Positions 40,735-50,655 of a stretch of DNA of 64,000 bases are shown here, one piece after another (positions within the stretch are counted from its first letter, which is position 1; the number at the start of each line of letters is the position of its first letter). The notes beneath the pieces are model-generated. The model saw only the letters and a program-made list of their open reading frames with translations. It ran no database searches and was not told where the DNA came from. A program made the translations under genes and the position numbers. Source of the stretch: Patescibacteria group bacterium (lineage in GTDB: Bacteria; Patescibacteriota; Gracilibacteria; UBA4473); assembly GCA_965660445.1 (NCBI GenBank), contig CBFIAK010000001.1, positions 64,001 through 128,000 of the forward strand. Direction: 5' to 3'.

Positions 40735-42062
40735 TCTTGGTCTGTATTAAGATTCGTTTGTCGGTCTTCAAATGCTTCTTGTATACGGGTTCGCACCCCT
40801 GCTGGATTTCCTAAAATCCGCAAAGCCTCATCCATAACAGGATCTCTATCATTTTCATAGTCCTGTGATGTTCGTTCAATTTCAATATCAGGCGTAATTC
40901 CTGATTCATGAATAGAGCGTCCTAAAGGAGTAAGCCATTCAGCCATAGTTACTTTTAAACTTGATCCATCAGAAAGAGGAATTAGGTTTTGCACAGTTCC
41001 TTTTCCAAAACTTGTTTCTCCAATAAGCAAGGCTCTCTTATGGTCTTGCACTGCTCCAGCAAGAATTTCCGAAGCCGAAGCCGAACCTTTGTTTATAAGA
41101 ACCACTAATGGAATATCAAGAAATCCACCGCCTCGACGAGCCATAATTTCGGCTGTGTTTCCAAACTGTCCTCCTTCTGTTTTCACAATAACAACATTTT
41201 CAAGAAACTCTGAAATAATTTCAACAGCAGAATCTAAAAGTCCTCCACCATTATTTCGCAAATCAAGGATCATTCCTTTTGGTTCTAGTAAAAGTGCTTC
41301 TGAAAGGAAAGCTCGAAACTCAGAAAGAACAGTGTTTCCAAACTGAGAAATTTCAACCGTCAAAATTTCGTTTTCAAGGTTCCATTCAATAGCTTTAAGA
41401 ATAATATTATCTCGTACAATTGAAATTTTGAGAGGCTCGTCTTCTCCTTCTCGAATAACAGTGAGTTCTACTTTTTCTCCTTTTGGTCCTCGAATAAGAG
41501 TCACTGCCTCACTAATATTCATTCCTTGTGTCGATTTTTCGTCAATTTTAAAAACGACATCGCCTGCACGAAGTCCTGATGTTTCAGCGGGAGACCCTTT
41601 TAAAGGAGTAATAATAACGATACTTCCATCACGAATACCAATTTCAGCTCCAATTCCTTCAAATTCACCCGACATCGCATTTTCAAATTCAACCGATTCG
41701 GTTGGAGTCATAAAAACGGTATAAGGATCTTCTAAAGAATCAATGAGACCTTTTGTTGCCCCATAGATTTGATCTTTTGTATTAAATGCATCGGCTTTTA
41801 AATAATTTGATTCGAGCTGATGCCATGCTTCCCAGAAAATACTCAAATCAACTTCTTTCTCTTTTCTTTGTTTATCAAGGAACGTTTTGAAATTTGATGT
41901 TTTTGAAATAACAACATCTTGTAGTTTTTGGGTTGATTCTGGGTTTTCGTCTGACGAAGGACCTTGAAAGGTATGAAGACTTAAGTTCCAGCCGAGGAGA
42001 AAGCTAATAACAGGGAGCACAAAGATTAATAAAAGTTTTATATTTCGGTTATAATGAACCAT
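40731..42062 (-). CDS. S41 family C-terminal processing peptidase with PDZ domain
   Basis: DPYT, GIGAEI, LDLRNNGGG, SASASEI and FGKGTVQ motifs. Confidence 0.95.
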   Translation of the reverse strand: MVHYNRNIKLLLIFVLPVISFLLGWNLSLHTFQGPSSDENPESTQKLQDVVISKTSNFKTFLDKQRKEKEVDLSIFWEAWHQLESNYLKADAFNTKDQIYGATKGLIDSLEDPYTVFMTPTESVEFENAMSGEFEGIGAEIGIRDGSIVIITPLKGSPAETSGLRAGDVVFKIDEKSTQGMNISEAVTLIRGPKGEKVELTVIREGEDEPLKISIVRDNIILKAIEWNLENEILTVEISQFGNTVLSEFRAFLSEALLLEPKGMILDLRNNGGGLLDSAVEIISEFLENVVIVKTEGGQFGNTAEIMARRGGGFLDIPLVVLINKGSASASEILAGAVQDHKRALLIGETSFGKGTVQNLIPLSDGSSLKVTMAEWLTPLGRSIHESGITPDIEIERTSQDYENDRDPVMDEALRILGNPAGVRTRIQEAFEDRQTNLNTDQE

Positions 42063-42162
42063 GTATGTGTATTTAAAATCTAAATCTCAATAACAAAGAG
42101 ACCTCTGCATAATATAAATACGTCAAATTTTTGCAAATCAAGTCGATCAAAGAAACCGGTAT

Positions 42163-42552
42163 TTACTTTTTCTTTTTTGAGTATTCTCGACGAACAGAAG
42201 ACAACCTTTTTTCGTATTCACTCCAGATACTATAAGTGGTAGCAATCAAAAACCCAATACTTAAAGCAAAAAGAGAATACAACCAAAGTCGCATAGAAAA
42301 AAGCGGAATAAGGGCAAACCGAGAAAGAATCGCAATGATTCCAAGGACACCAAGGGCTATAAATTTACCCGTTCGGCGTTTAAGAGATTTTTTAAAATAT
42401 TTATCATTCGGCCCTAAAAAAAGAGCAATCGAACGAATAAACAGAAGTGCAACAAAAAATGCTAACAAAGGAAACCCAAGCAAAAAGTCTCCTTGGGGGC
42501 TCATATGCGTGTAATAATTCCAATCCAAAAGCTGAGAAAAATCAAAGTACAT
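42163..42552 (-). CDS. Hypothetical membrane protein
   Basis: About 129 aa with three hydrophobic helices and a basic tail. Start uncertain. Confidence 0.55.
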   Translation of the reverse strand: MYFDFSQLLDWNYYTHMSPQGDFLLGFPLLAFFVALLFIRSIALFLGPNDKYFKKSLKRRTGKFIALGVLGIIAILSRFALIPLFSMRLWLYSLFALSIGFLIATTYSIWSEYEKRLSSVRREYSKKKK

Positions 42553-42698
42553 TTCAAATAAATAAAAAAACAATCACATTGTGCCATAGAATTTATATTT
42601 TTCAAGTCCTTCTTTGCACAAATATCAAACACTATGCTTCACACAAGACTTCAAGTCAATTCACTGGTAAAAAAGAAGAAAAAAAAGATAATAAAACC

Positions 42699-43571
42699 AT
42701 GAAGTATATTATTGGATTTGGTGTGTTCTGTTTTGCAGTTGGTATGTGGATAATGCATATAAACCAACCAAAAGGAGTCATTCGGTTTGAAGAAAACTTA
42801 TTACAATACCAATGGCCAGAAGAGATTGAATTTGCTGGAGAAAAAGTTCCGCTTGATACATTTTACGTACGCGAAGCATGGGAACGTGATTTTATCGTCC
42901 TTCTTGATACTGATTATCAAAGTTTGTTATATCTCAAGCGATCCGGACAATATTTTCCTTTTATAGAAGAAAAACTCAAAGAGGCAGGGCTTCCTGACGA
43001 TCTCAAATATATTGCGGTAGCCGAAAGCGGGTTACGAAACACTGTTGTGAGTCATGCAGGAGCCGCTGGAGTATGGCAATTTATGCCGGCAACAGCTCGC
43101 CAATACGGATTACGAGTAGACGAATATGTAGACGAGCGTCTGCATTTTGAAAAATCCACAGAAGCAGCGATTCGGTATTTAACGTATCTCCATGGTATTT
43201 TTGAAAACTGGACACTCAGTAGTGCTGCATATAACGCGGGTGAAAACCGAATACTTGGACATCTTAATAATCAAGGAGTGACGTCTTATTACGATACATA
43301 TATGAACGATGAAACAGCTCGATATGTTTTCCGTATTATGAGTATAAAACAAGTCATGCAGAATGCCGATGATTACGGATTAGTTCTTACGAATGCTGAT
43401 ATGTTTTCGTTTCCAAAACAAAAAACCGTCAATGCGGAAGAAATAAGCGATTTATCAGTGTGGGCAAGAGAACAAGGAACGAATCTACGTATGATTAAAG
43501 AGCTCAACCCTTGGATTATAGGGTCGTCACTTCCTCTTGGAAACTGGGAGCTCAAAGTTCCTTTATCCTAG
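42699..43571 (+). CDS. Lytic transglycosylase (SLT domain, MltD-like)
   Basis: AVAESG, SHAGAAGVWQFMPATA, AYNAG and ETARYV motifs. Confidence 0.93.
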   Translation: MKYIIGFGVFCFAVGMWIMHINQPKGVIRFEENLLQYQWPEEIEFAGEKVPLDTFYVREAWERDFIVLLDTDYQSLLYLKRSGQYFPFIEEKLKEAGLPDDLKYIAVAESGLRNTVVSHAGAAGVWQFMPATARQYGLRVDEYVDERLHFEKSTEAAIRYLTYLHGIFENWTLSSAAYNAGENRILGHLNNQGVTSYYDTYMNDETARYVFRIMSIKQVMQNADDYGLVLTNADMFSFPKQKTVNAEEISDLSVWAREQGTNLRMIKELNPWIIGSSLPLGNWELKVPLS

Positions 43572-43591
43572 CTATATCTTTATTTTTTCCT

Positions 43592-46255
43592 ATGAAGAAC
43601 TTATCAGATCAACAATGGTACAAATACAACATAAAAGAGGTATTACAAACTCTTGCATCAACGCCCAGTGGTATACTGAGTGTTGAGGTTTTACAAAGAA
43701 GAAAAAAGTATGGAATAAACCAGATATCCGTTCAACAAAAAAACAACGGACTTCGTATTTTCATAAGACAGTTTAAAGATGCTCTCATTCTTCTCTTAAT
43801 TCTGTCGGGGATTGTATCGGTTTTAGTCAACACAGAAAAACCAGCAGAGTCATGGGCTATATTTATTATTGTGTTTATTAATGTGCTTATTGGTTTCTTA
43901 CAAGAATACCGTGCTGAAAAAGCACTTCAAGCACTCTCAAACATGGCGCCTAAAAAATGTATCGTCAAAAGAGACGGACACGAGCAACGTATTGATGTGC
44001 AAGATCTTGTTCCAGGAGACGTTTTAATACTCGAAAGTGGAGATAAAATCGGTGCTGACGCTCGTATTCTTGAATCTGATGAACTGAAAATAGATGAGTC
44101 TGCTTTAACTGGTGAATCGGCTGCAGTTGAAAAATATGAATGTAAATTAAGAGCCCATACGAGTCTTGCTGACAGAAAGAATTCTCTCTATATGGGAACT
44201 CTGGTTCGGAGCGGACGAGCTATAGCAGTGGTTACTGAAATTGGAAATCGGACTGAGTTTGGAAAAATAGCACAATCACTTGGAAAAGTAGAAGAAGAAG
44301 CGACGCCTCTTCAAAAAAAGTTTGCTCACCTAGCACGACAAATCACTTATTTTGCAATGGTTTTGATTGGACTTGTTTTTGTAGTTGGAACGCTTAAATG
44401 GAATGATTCTGTTGGAGAACTTCTTATTTTTGCGTTAGTTTTGGCTGTAGGAACAGTACCAAGCGCTCTTCCTTTAATTGTAACATTTAGTTTATCTATT
44501 GGTGCTCGTCACTTAGCAGAAATAAAACTATTATTACGGAAGTTACCTGCTGCAGAATCTATGGGGTCTGTAGATTTCATTTGTACGGATAAAACAGGAA
44601 CGCTCACCAAAAATGAAATGACGGTGACGCAGGTTTATGTAGGCGGTCAAGATATACCTGTTGACGGACGTGGTTATACAGAGAAAAAGCGGTTTCATAT
44701 AGACACTCCTCGATTACAAGCTGATTTAGAGCAACTCTGTCGTATTGCGATTAATTGCAATAATGCTCATATCGTAGAAAACAAAAACCGGTTTGAGATT
44801 TTAGGAGATGCAATGGAAGGAGCCTTAATTGTGTTTGCTCATAAAACAGGATGGAAAGAAAAAGGAGACCGAAAAAAAGAGTTTCCGTTTGATTCAAGTA
44901 GAAAACGAATGAGCGTGGTGATGAATGATGAACATGTTTTTGTTAAAGGGGCCGCTGAACAACTCTTACCACTTTGCTCGCATATGCAACACGAAGGAGA
45001 AGTGATTCTCATGACAAAAGAACATAAAAAAAAGATACTTGACCAACAAGAAAAATACGGATCTCAGGCACTGCGTGTATTGGGGTTCGCGTATAAAAAG
45101 TCAGGAGCAAGTACAGTAACAGAAGCTGAAAATAATCTTATTTTCTCCGGTCTTGTTGGTATTCAAGACCCACCAAGAGAAGGTGTGTTGCAATCGATTG
45201 CTGAATGTCGAAAAGCGGGTATTCAAGTTATGATGATTACAGGCGATCATTTGGTAACCGCAAAGGCTATTGCTCATCAAATTGAGTTACTTCAACCGCA
45301 TCAGATATGTGTTGAAGGCCGAGTGATTCACAAATGGACAGATGCCGAATTGCGGTCAAAAGTAGAAACCATTGGTGTAATTGCCCGAGCTACCCCAGAA
45401 CTCAAGATGCGTGTTGTAAGTATATTACAACAAAAGAAACACGTTGTGGCAATGACAGGTGACGGAATCAATGATGCTCCCGCGCTTAAAAAAGCTGATG
45501 TTGGGCTTGCCATGGGAATAACTGGAACAGATGTCGCAAAAGAATCGGCAAAAGGAATACTTCTTGATGATAATTTTTCAACGATTGTAAACGCGGTAAA
45601 AGAAGGGCGAAATATTTACGAAAAAATTATTAAATCAGCGAAATATTTACTGTCTTGCAATTTTAGTGAGATATCGACTGTGCTTATTACGATGGTATTT
45701 CTGAATCAGCTTCCACTTCAACCGCTTCAGATCTTAATGATCAATATTCTTACTGATACGGCACCAGCGGCAGGACTGAGTATGGAAAAACAAGAACACG
45801 ACATAATGCATCGCCCACCTCGAAACCAAAGCATTCCACCTATCACAAAAGAAAAACTCTGGATGATATTTCTTTTTGGAGGAATAATGGGAATTTTTAC
45901 AAGTTTTATATTTTGGATTTCAAGACCAGAGGGAATTATTTATGCACAAACAATGGCATTTACAACGCTGGTGATAATGCAGTTATCGGCGGTCACAAGT
46001 ATGCGATCGCATCACGCAAGTCTTCGGAACTTAAATCTGTTTTCTAATCCCGCATTATTGGTTGGTATTTTGTTTTCGATAGGGCTTCAATTGATGGTCA
46101 TTTATATACCATGGGCACAAAACATTATGGGAACCGTTGCCTTGGGGGGTTCCGAATGGATACTCATTGGAAGTATGGGGATTATAAGTTATATTTTGTT
46201 TGAAGTAGGAAAATTTTTCTTGCCAGAATATAAACATGAACCCCAACCCAACTAA
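43592..46255 (+). CDS. Cation-transporting P-type ATPase (type II-like)
   Basis: LTGES, DKTGTLT, KGA, MITGD and TGDGINDAPALK motifs. Confidence 0.95.
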   Translation: MKNLSDQQWYKYNIKEVLQTLASTPSGILSVEVLQRRKKYGINQISVQQKNNGLRIFIRQFKDALILLLILSGIVSVLVNTEKPAESWAIFIIVFINVLIGFLQEYRAEKALQALSNMAPKKCIVKRDGHEQRIDVQDLVPGDVLILESGDKIGADARILESDELKIDESALTGESAAVEKYECKLRAHTSLADRKNSLYMGTLVRSGRAIAVVTEIGNRTEFGKIAQSLGKVEEEATPLQKKFAHLARQITYFAMVLIGLVFVVGTLKWNDSVGELLIFALVLAVGTVPSALPLIVTFSLSIGARHLAEIKLLLRKLPAAESMGSVDFICTDKTGTLTKNEMTVTQVYVGGQDIPVDGRGYTEKKRFHIDTPRLQADLEQLCRIAINCNNAHIVENKNRFEILGDAMEGALIVFAHKTGWKEKGDRKKEFPFDSSRKRMSVVMNDEHVFVKGAAEQLLPLCSHMQHEGEVILMTKEHKKKILDQQEKYGSQALRVLGFAYKKSGASTVTEAENNLIFSGLVGIQDPPREGVLQSIAECRKAGIQVMMITGDHLVTAKAIAHQIELLQPHQICVEGRVIHKWTDAELRSKVETIGVIARATPELKMRVVSILQQKKHVVAMTGDGINDAPALKKADVGLAMGITGTDVAKESAKGILLDDNFSTIVNAVKEGRNIYEKIIKSAKYLLSCNFSEISTVLITMVFLNQLPLQPLQILMINILTDTAPAAGLSMEKQEHDIMHRPPRNQSIPPITKEKLWMIFLFGGIMGIFTSFIFWISRPEGIIYAQTMAFTTLVIMQLSAVTSMRSHHASLRNLNLFSNPALLVGILFSIGLQLMVIYIPWAQNIMGTVALGGSEWILIGSMGIISYILFEVGKFFLPEYKHEPQPN

Positions 46256-46589
46256 TACATTTGTTTTTATAGACAAAGAATGTCCTTTTTGTAGGCGCTG
46301 GAGTTATAGAATATGTTCTTGGCTTGGTGTTGAGAATCAAGTAACTATTATTCCGATTGATTATCGACAAGAATCAAGCAAGGAGGCATTGTGTATGCAA
46401 AAACTCAATTCGTGGGTTGTTCGTAAAGACATAATTCTGTACACAGAATATGCAGCGTTTACACAGCTTGTTTTTATTTCTCGATATGCGTGGACAAAAC
46501 CACTATTATCGAATAGAATAAGCATGGGCATTGGAACTTTTCTTTATCGATTTATTGCTCAAAAAAGAGGTTCTTGTGACCATTCTTGA
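46236..46589 (+). CDS. DCC1-like thiol-disulfide oxidoreductase
   Basis: N-terminal DxxCxxC (DKECPFC) and C-terminal YRFIA..R. Confidence 0.7.
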   Translation: MNPNPTNTFVFIDKECPFCRRWSYRICSWLGVENQVTIIPIDYRQESSKEALCMQKLNSWVVRKDIILYTEYAAFTQLVFISRYAWTKPLLSNRISMGIGTFLYRFIAQKRGSCDHS

Positions 46590-47269
46590 TTATGATTTTT
46601 ATGGAGATATCATTTTTCAGATCAGTCGGTCAAAGATTTTCAAAGTTCAGAGACCATCAACGACAAGAACAAGCTATGAAAAGCTTCAAGGCTGATATGC
46701 TTTCGAGTAATGAATTTATAGCCCTTATTGTTCTTGCTGCTGGAATTGCATCAATGGGGTTACTGAGAAACAATGAACCGGTGGTTATTGGAGCAATGAT
46801 CATTACACCACTTGTCAAACCGTTTGTAGGAATTCCTTTAGCGATCATAACGGGACATTTTGATGTTCTTTGGAAATCAATTATCAGGGCGATTATTGGA
46901 ATAGGACTTTTTTTTGGGACTTCGTTTGGATTTGGAGTTTGGTTTTTATCGGTTCATACAAACCAAGAAGTTGCGATTCGAACTGTGCAGGTAGGGATGG
47001 CAGAAATTATCATTGCTGCGTGTGCGGGGATTGTTGCTGCGTTAGCGTTAGCGTTTGAACGAGTGCATAATCGATTATCAGGAGCAGCGATTGCTCTTTC
47101 AATTGCACCTCCATTGGCTATTTCGGCGATTGATTTATCGCTTGGTCGTACGGAAACATTCGAAAAAGCCTTGCAACTATTCGGACTCAATGTATTGAGC
47201 TTGATGATAGCCAGTTTTGTGATTCTTATTTTGTTTGGGTTTAGAATTCACAGAAAAGAAGAAGTATAG
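46586..47269 (+). CDS. DUF389 family membrane protein
   Basis: IASMGL..N...VVIGAMIITPL and GAAIALSIAPPL motifs. Start uncertain. Confidence 0.75.
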   Translation: MIMIFMEISFFRSVGQRFSKFRDHQRQEQAMKSFKADMLSSNEFIALIVLAAGIASMGLLRNNEPVVIGAMIITPLVKPFVGIPLAIITGHFDVLWKSIIRAIIGIGLFFGTSFGFGVWFLSVHTNQEVAIRTVQVGMAEIIIAACAGIVAALALAFERVHNRLSGAAIALSIAPPLAISAIDLSLGRTETFEKALQLFGLNVLSLMIASFVILILFGFRIHRKEEV

Positions 47270-47418
47270 AGTGTTTTTTGAGATCGATTCAGAACATTTT
47301 ATATTTTGTAGTACACTAAAATCTGTGAATACCTCAACAAAACATTCGTTTTTCTATGGAATTTATATTTATCTTATGATTTTATATATAGCAAACCTAC
47401 TATCATCCAACAACCGTT

Positions 47419-48186
47419 ATGTCATATTCTAAAAATATATCAAAGAATCGCATTTGGGAGCTTGATTTGGTTCGTAGTTTTGCCATCATTGGAATGATTA
47501 TATTCCATATATATTACGTACTTGATTACGAAGGAATAAAAAGTTACAACCTATTTCAAGGGACATGGAATACTTTTGGAGATACAATAAGAAACACTTT
47601 TTTTTCTATTGTGGGGGTGAGTTTAGCCTTGTCTTGGCAACGACAAGCTTCAAAAGAAAAACCTATAAAAAACTACTATGTACGACAATTAAAAAGAGCA
47701 TTTTTTCTTCTTCTTATTGGGTTTGCTATAACACTTATAAGTATGAGTGTAACGCCAGATAAGATTATTCGGTTTGGGGTTTTATCTTTTATTGGAACAG
47801 GAATCATTATTGTATTGCCAATTATACGTTCCCCTGTGCTATTGTTCTTCTTTGGATGGAGTGTTCTTGTGCTTGAGGGAGTATTTGGAGACACAGTGTC
47901 TCATCAATCACTTTTGAGTTATATTCTGGGGTTTTATCCTCAGTATGTGCCGAGTATAGACTATTTTCCTATTATTCCTTGGGTCTCATCAATCGCCTTT
48001 GGAGGTTTTTTAGGACATATATTTTTTAAAAATGGAGAAAGAAATTACCCATTTTTATCAAAACCTCCTACATTTTTTATTTTTTTGAATTGGGTAGGTC
48101 GAAATGCTTTGTGGATATATATACTCCATCTTCCTCTTATTGTTTTTTTAATATGGGGATGGGGGCATTTGAATTCTTCCGTTTAA
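47419..48186 (+). CDS. DUF1624 / heparan-alpha-glucosaminide N-acetyltransferase-like membrane protein
   Basis: RIWELDLVRSFAI..MI.FH, FGVL, DYFPIIPW and GRNALWIYILH motifs. Confidence 0.8.
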   Translation: MSYSKNISKNRIWELDLVRSFAIIGMIIFHIYYVLDYEGIKSYNLFQGTWNTFGDTIRNTFFSIVGVSLALSWQRQASKEKPIKNYYVRQLKRAFFLLLIGFAITLISMSVTPDKIIRFGVLSFIGTGIIIVLPIIRSPVLLFFFGWSVLVLEGVFGDTVSHQSLLSYILGFYPQYVPSIDYFPIIPWVSSIAFGGFLGHIFFKNGERNYPFLSKPPTFFIFLNWVGRNALWIYILHLPLIVFLIWGWGHLNSSV

Positions 48187-48234
48187 AGAAAATAGACTGA
48201 ATATAAATCCGTCAGCTCCTTTTTTTCGATGTGT

Positions 48235-48360
48235 AAATTTTTTGAGAACCGAGAAATTCGAGGAGCCTAGTGCTGAATCGAGAAAAGCGTACCTCTAAAT
48301 GGTACGCGTTCGAGTGAAGTGCGTAGTGACGAAGAAGTTCGATGTGTTATCGGAAAATTT
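48235..48360. repeat. Imperfect palindromic REP/MITE-like element
   Basis: Ends AAATTTTTTGAGAAC / GTTATCGGAAAATTT and central GCGTACC-loop-GGTACGC. Confidence 0.4.
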
Positions 48361-48385
48361 GGCTGGGGCGGAGGGATTCGAACCC
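48360..48385 (-). repeat. tRNA-Gln 3'-end duplicate (att-like)
   Basis: TGGCTGGGGCGGAGGGATTCGAACCC matches 49304-49329 at 24/26 positions. Confidence 0.8.
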
Positions 48386-48496
48386 ATGATAAACACTGAA
48401 TGCAATCCCCATAAGGATCCTTGAGATTCACCGAAGAGGAAATTCGAATATTTTATGTCCTATAGTACATGGGTCTATTTGAACCCTTTTAAAATA

Positions 48497-48525
48497 TTGA
48501 CTTTTCTATAGAAATTCTATAGAAT
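48497..48525 (+). promoter_or_regulatory. Promoter with tandem palindromic operators
   Basis: TTGACT-17-TAGAAT, overlapped by two copies of the palindrome TTCTATAGAA (48504-48513, 48515-48524). Confidence 0.7.
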
Positions 48526-48551
48526 AAATACAAATAAATAATAACTGAAAA

Positions 48552-48791
48552 ATGAATTCCACTATCATGGTTCACAAATCGGTGAAAGATCTTGCTGCAC
48601 AAAAAGCGAAAGCAGAAGGTCTTAGCTTGAGTACGGTTGCTCGATTTCTTCTTCAGGGATACGCAGAAGGCAAATTAAATATCGGTCTTGTAATTGAAGA
48701 TTCAGAAATACATCGAGTTTCACTGGATTCAGCAACACAAAAAACACTGGATGATTCTGTGAAAAAATGGCGTCATAAATTTGCCCAATAA
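48552..48791 (+). CDS. Putative ribbon-helix-helix antitoxin
   Basis: 79 aa with an N-terminal beta strand then KDLAAQKAKAEGLSLSTVARFLLQ (RelB/CopG-like). First gene of a tight pair. Confidence 0.6.
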   Translation: MNSTIMVHKSVKDLAAQKAKAEGLSLSTVARFLLQGYAEGKLNIGLVIEDSEIHRVSLDSATQKTLDDSVKKWRHKFAQ

Positions 48792-49154
48792 ATGAAACGT
48801 ATTGTTTTTGCTCGTCAAATACTAAAGAAAGAAAAAATAACTCAAAAGGATATTGAGGTGATTTTGAAAATTGGTGGGAAAGATATTTTTCAACGAATTA
48901 AAGGCGAAAATTTGCCGACGGAATCCAGTTTGATAAAAATATATGCGACAACTATTGAAGGAGCTCGTCGATTAGTCTTGATTCTTGATGAATCGATTCA
49001 GGTGGGACATTTTCTCTTCTACCGAAAAAAAGAAGATCCGATTGGAAAAAATATCAGTATAAAAAATCCAGAATTCAAGAAAGCATTACAACAATATTTG
49101 AAACTTTGGGATGAGGATATGGAGAAAGATAATTTTGAAATTGTGGAATTATAA
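48792..49154 (+). CDS. Putative type II toxin (RelE/ParE-like size and pattern)
   Basis: 120 aa, starts immediately after the antitoxin stop. Basic N-terminus and GARRLVLI..FLFYRKK pattern. Fold is inferred. Confidence 0.45.
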   Translation: MKRIVFARQILKKEKITQKDIEVILKIGGKDIFQRIKGENLPTESSLIKIYATTIEGARRLVLILDESIQVGHFLFYRKKEDPIGKNISIKNPEFKKALQQYLKLWDEDMEKDNFEIVEL

Positions 49155-49303
49155 GCTTGCACTTAGTGCCCCTTCGCCATAGGTACATGGGTCTATCAGA
49201 ATTCTTTTTGACCGATCCAACCCCACAAAGCATACAAAAAAAACGGGTCTAGTACCCATTGAATCTTCTGTATGTCGGTCACAATGCACCTTAGTGCAGG
49301 TGT

Positions 49304-49378
49304 TGGCTGGGGATGAGGGATTCGAACCCCCGAATGGTGGGACCAGAACCCACTGCCTTACCACTTGGCTAATCCCCA
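49304..49378 (-). tRNA. tRNA-Gln(CTG)
   Basis: TGGGGAT acceptor stem, GTGGG-TTCTGGT-CCCAC anticodon arm, GGTTCGAATCC T-arm and CCA. Confidence 0.97.
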
Positions 49379-49467
49379 AAGTCTGAAAATATATTAAGAA
49401 GTCAGTTCTATTGGTCAAGTGATTTCTCAATGTATTGATTTTTAAAAAAGCTCTTGTATTATAGATA

Positions 49468-49950
49468 TTGATGAAGAAATTTATTGGTGTTTTGGCAACA
49501 ATAGGATGTGTATGGTTTGTAGGAAACGAACTATTCGGAACAGCGTCTTTGTTTCAGAAAGCAGAAACAATGCCATCGTTTATAACTGTTCAAACCCTTT
49601 CCCAAGCTATTGTACTTGATTCGGTCGAAAAAACAGGGCTTTCAAGTCGTTATAGCTACACTCCTGAAAAAATACATACACTCATTCAAGCTCGAAGCAT
49701 TGATATACCAGAAACAAATACATATCTTTATTTGTACTGTTTCGAGAGTAACTCTGCGCAATCACCAAAATCAAGTATGATTACACTTGCACTCCACAAA
49801 ACAAACGCACATGTCTTTGGAAAAGGGAGTGATCGATTTATGCAACTTCTTCCCGATATTGAGGCGTTGCCTTCCCAAGGAAGAAATAAAGACACTGTTC
49901 AAGAAATCCTTGATATTCAGCCAGAAACAGGGACTTGTTTTGAGATTTAA
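49468..49950 (+). CDS. Hypothetical exported protein
   Basis: 160 aa with an N-terminal hydrophobic segment. Confidence 0.55.
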   Translation: MMKKFIGVLATIGCVWFVGNELFGTASLFQKAETMPSFITVQTLSQAIVLDSVEKTGLSSRYSYTPEKIHTLIQARSIDIPETNTYLYLYCFESNSAQSPKSSMITLALHKTNAHVFGKGSDRFMQLLPDIEALPSQGRNKDTVQEILDIQPETGTCFEI

Positions 49951-49956
49951 GACTTT

Positions 49957-50574
49957 TTATCGGCGGTAATAGGTGTGCAATACACTTTTACCAAGAAATT
50001 TTCCCATACTGTTGATCATTAAATGCCCCGGAGTCCATTCGGGAATACTTTCTGTAAAAACTTTCTCAACAGCCCATACTTCAAATACAAAATTCGTTCT
50101 TTCTCCTACCTCAGGACAAGGCCCTCGGTATCCATAACTACCAAATTCATTGATACCAGCAGTAACTCCATCAAGATCAGTCTCATGGTCTATAAATGTT
50201 GTATCAGGGGGGATGTTCCAAAGTGACCAATGGACATCTTTTTGCCCGATTTCATTGATACTACTCAGAGTCATAATAAGCGATTGTGTTCCTTGTGGTA
50301 TATTCTGAATCGTTAATGGAGGAATAATGTTTTCTCCGTCACAAGTGTATTGAGCAGGAAACACTGACTCATCTTCAAACGCAGTACTGGTGAGTTGTAA
50401 ATCAGATTCTGGTACATCGGATGTAATAGCCATCTTTTTTTCGTCTCCCTGAATAGTTGTTTTTACTTGATCAGGAGATATTTCAACAGAAGTATTCGCG
50501 TCTGGTTCAGGAGAGTTTGGTTCTCCACATCCCCAGAGAAGTAAGCTGATAAGAGGTATTATAAAGATTTTCAT
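49957..50574 (-). CDS. YbhB/YbcL (PEBP, Raf kinase inhibitor-like) lipoprotein
   Basis: Lipobox LWGC. LTSTAF, YTCDGEN..PPL, HWSLWNIP and GYRGPCP motifs. Confidence 0.88.
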   Translation of the reverse strand: MKIFIIPLISLLLWGCGEPNSPEPDANTSVEISPDQVKTTIQGDEKKMAITSDVPESDLQLTSTAFEDESVFPAQYTCDGENIIPPLTIQNIPQGTQSLIMTLSSINEIGQKDVHWSLWNIPPDTTFIDHETDLDGVTAGINEFGSYGYRGPCPEVGERTNFVFEVWAVEKVFTESIPEWTPGHLMINSMGKFLGKSVLHTYYRR

Positions 50575-50655
50575 GCTTCAAAACCCTACAAAGAAAACCT
50601 CATTTCGTCAAGAAAACTCGTTTGCGTGTTTGTAACCAGTATTTATAATAAAGAC

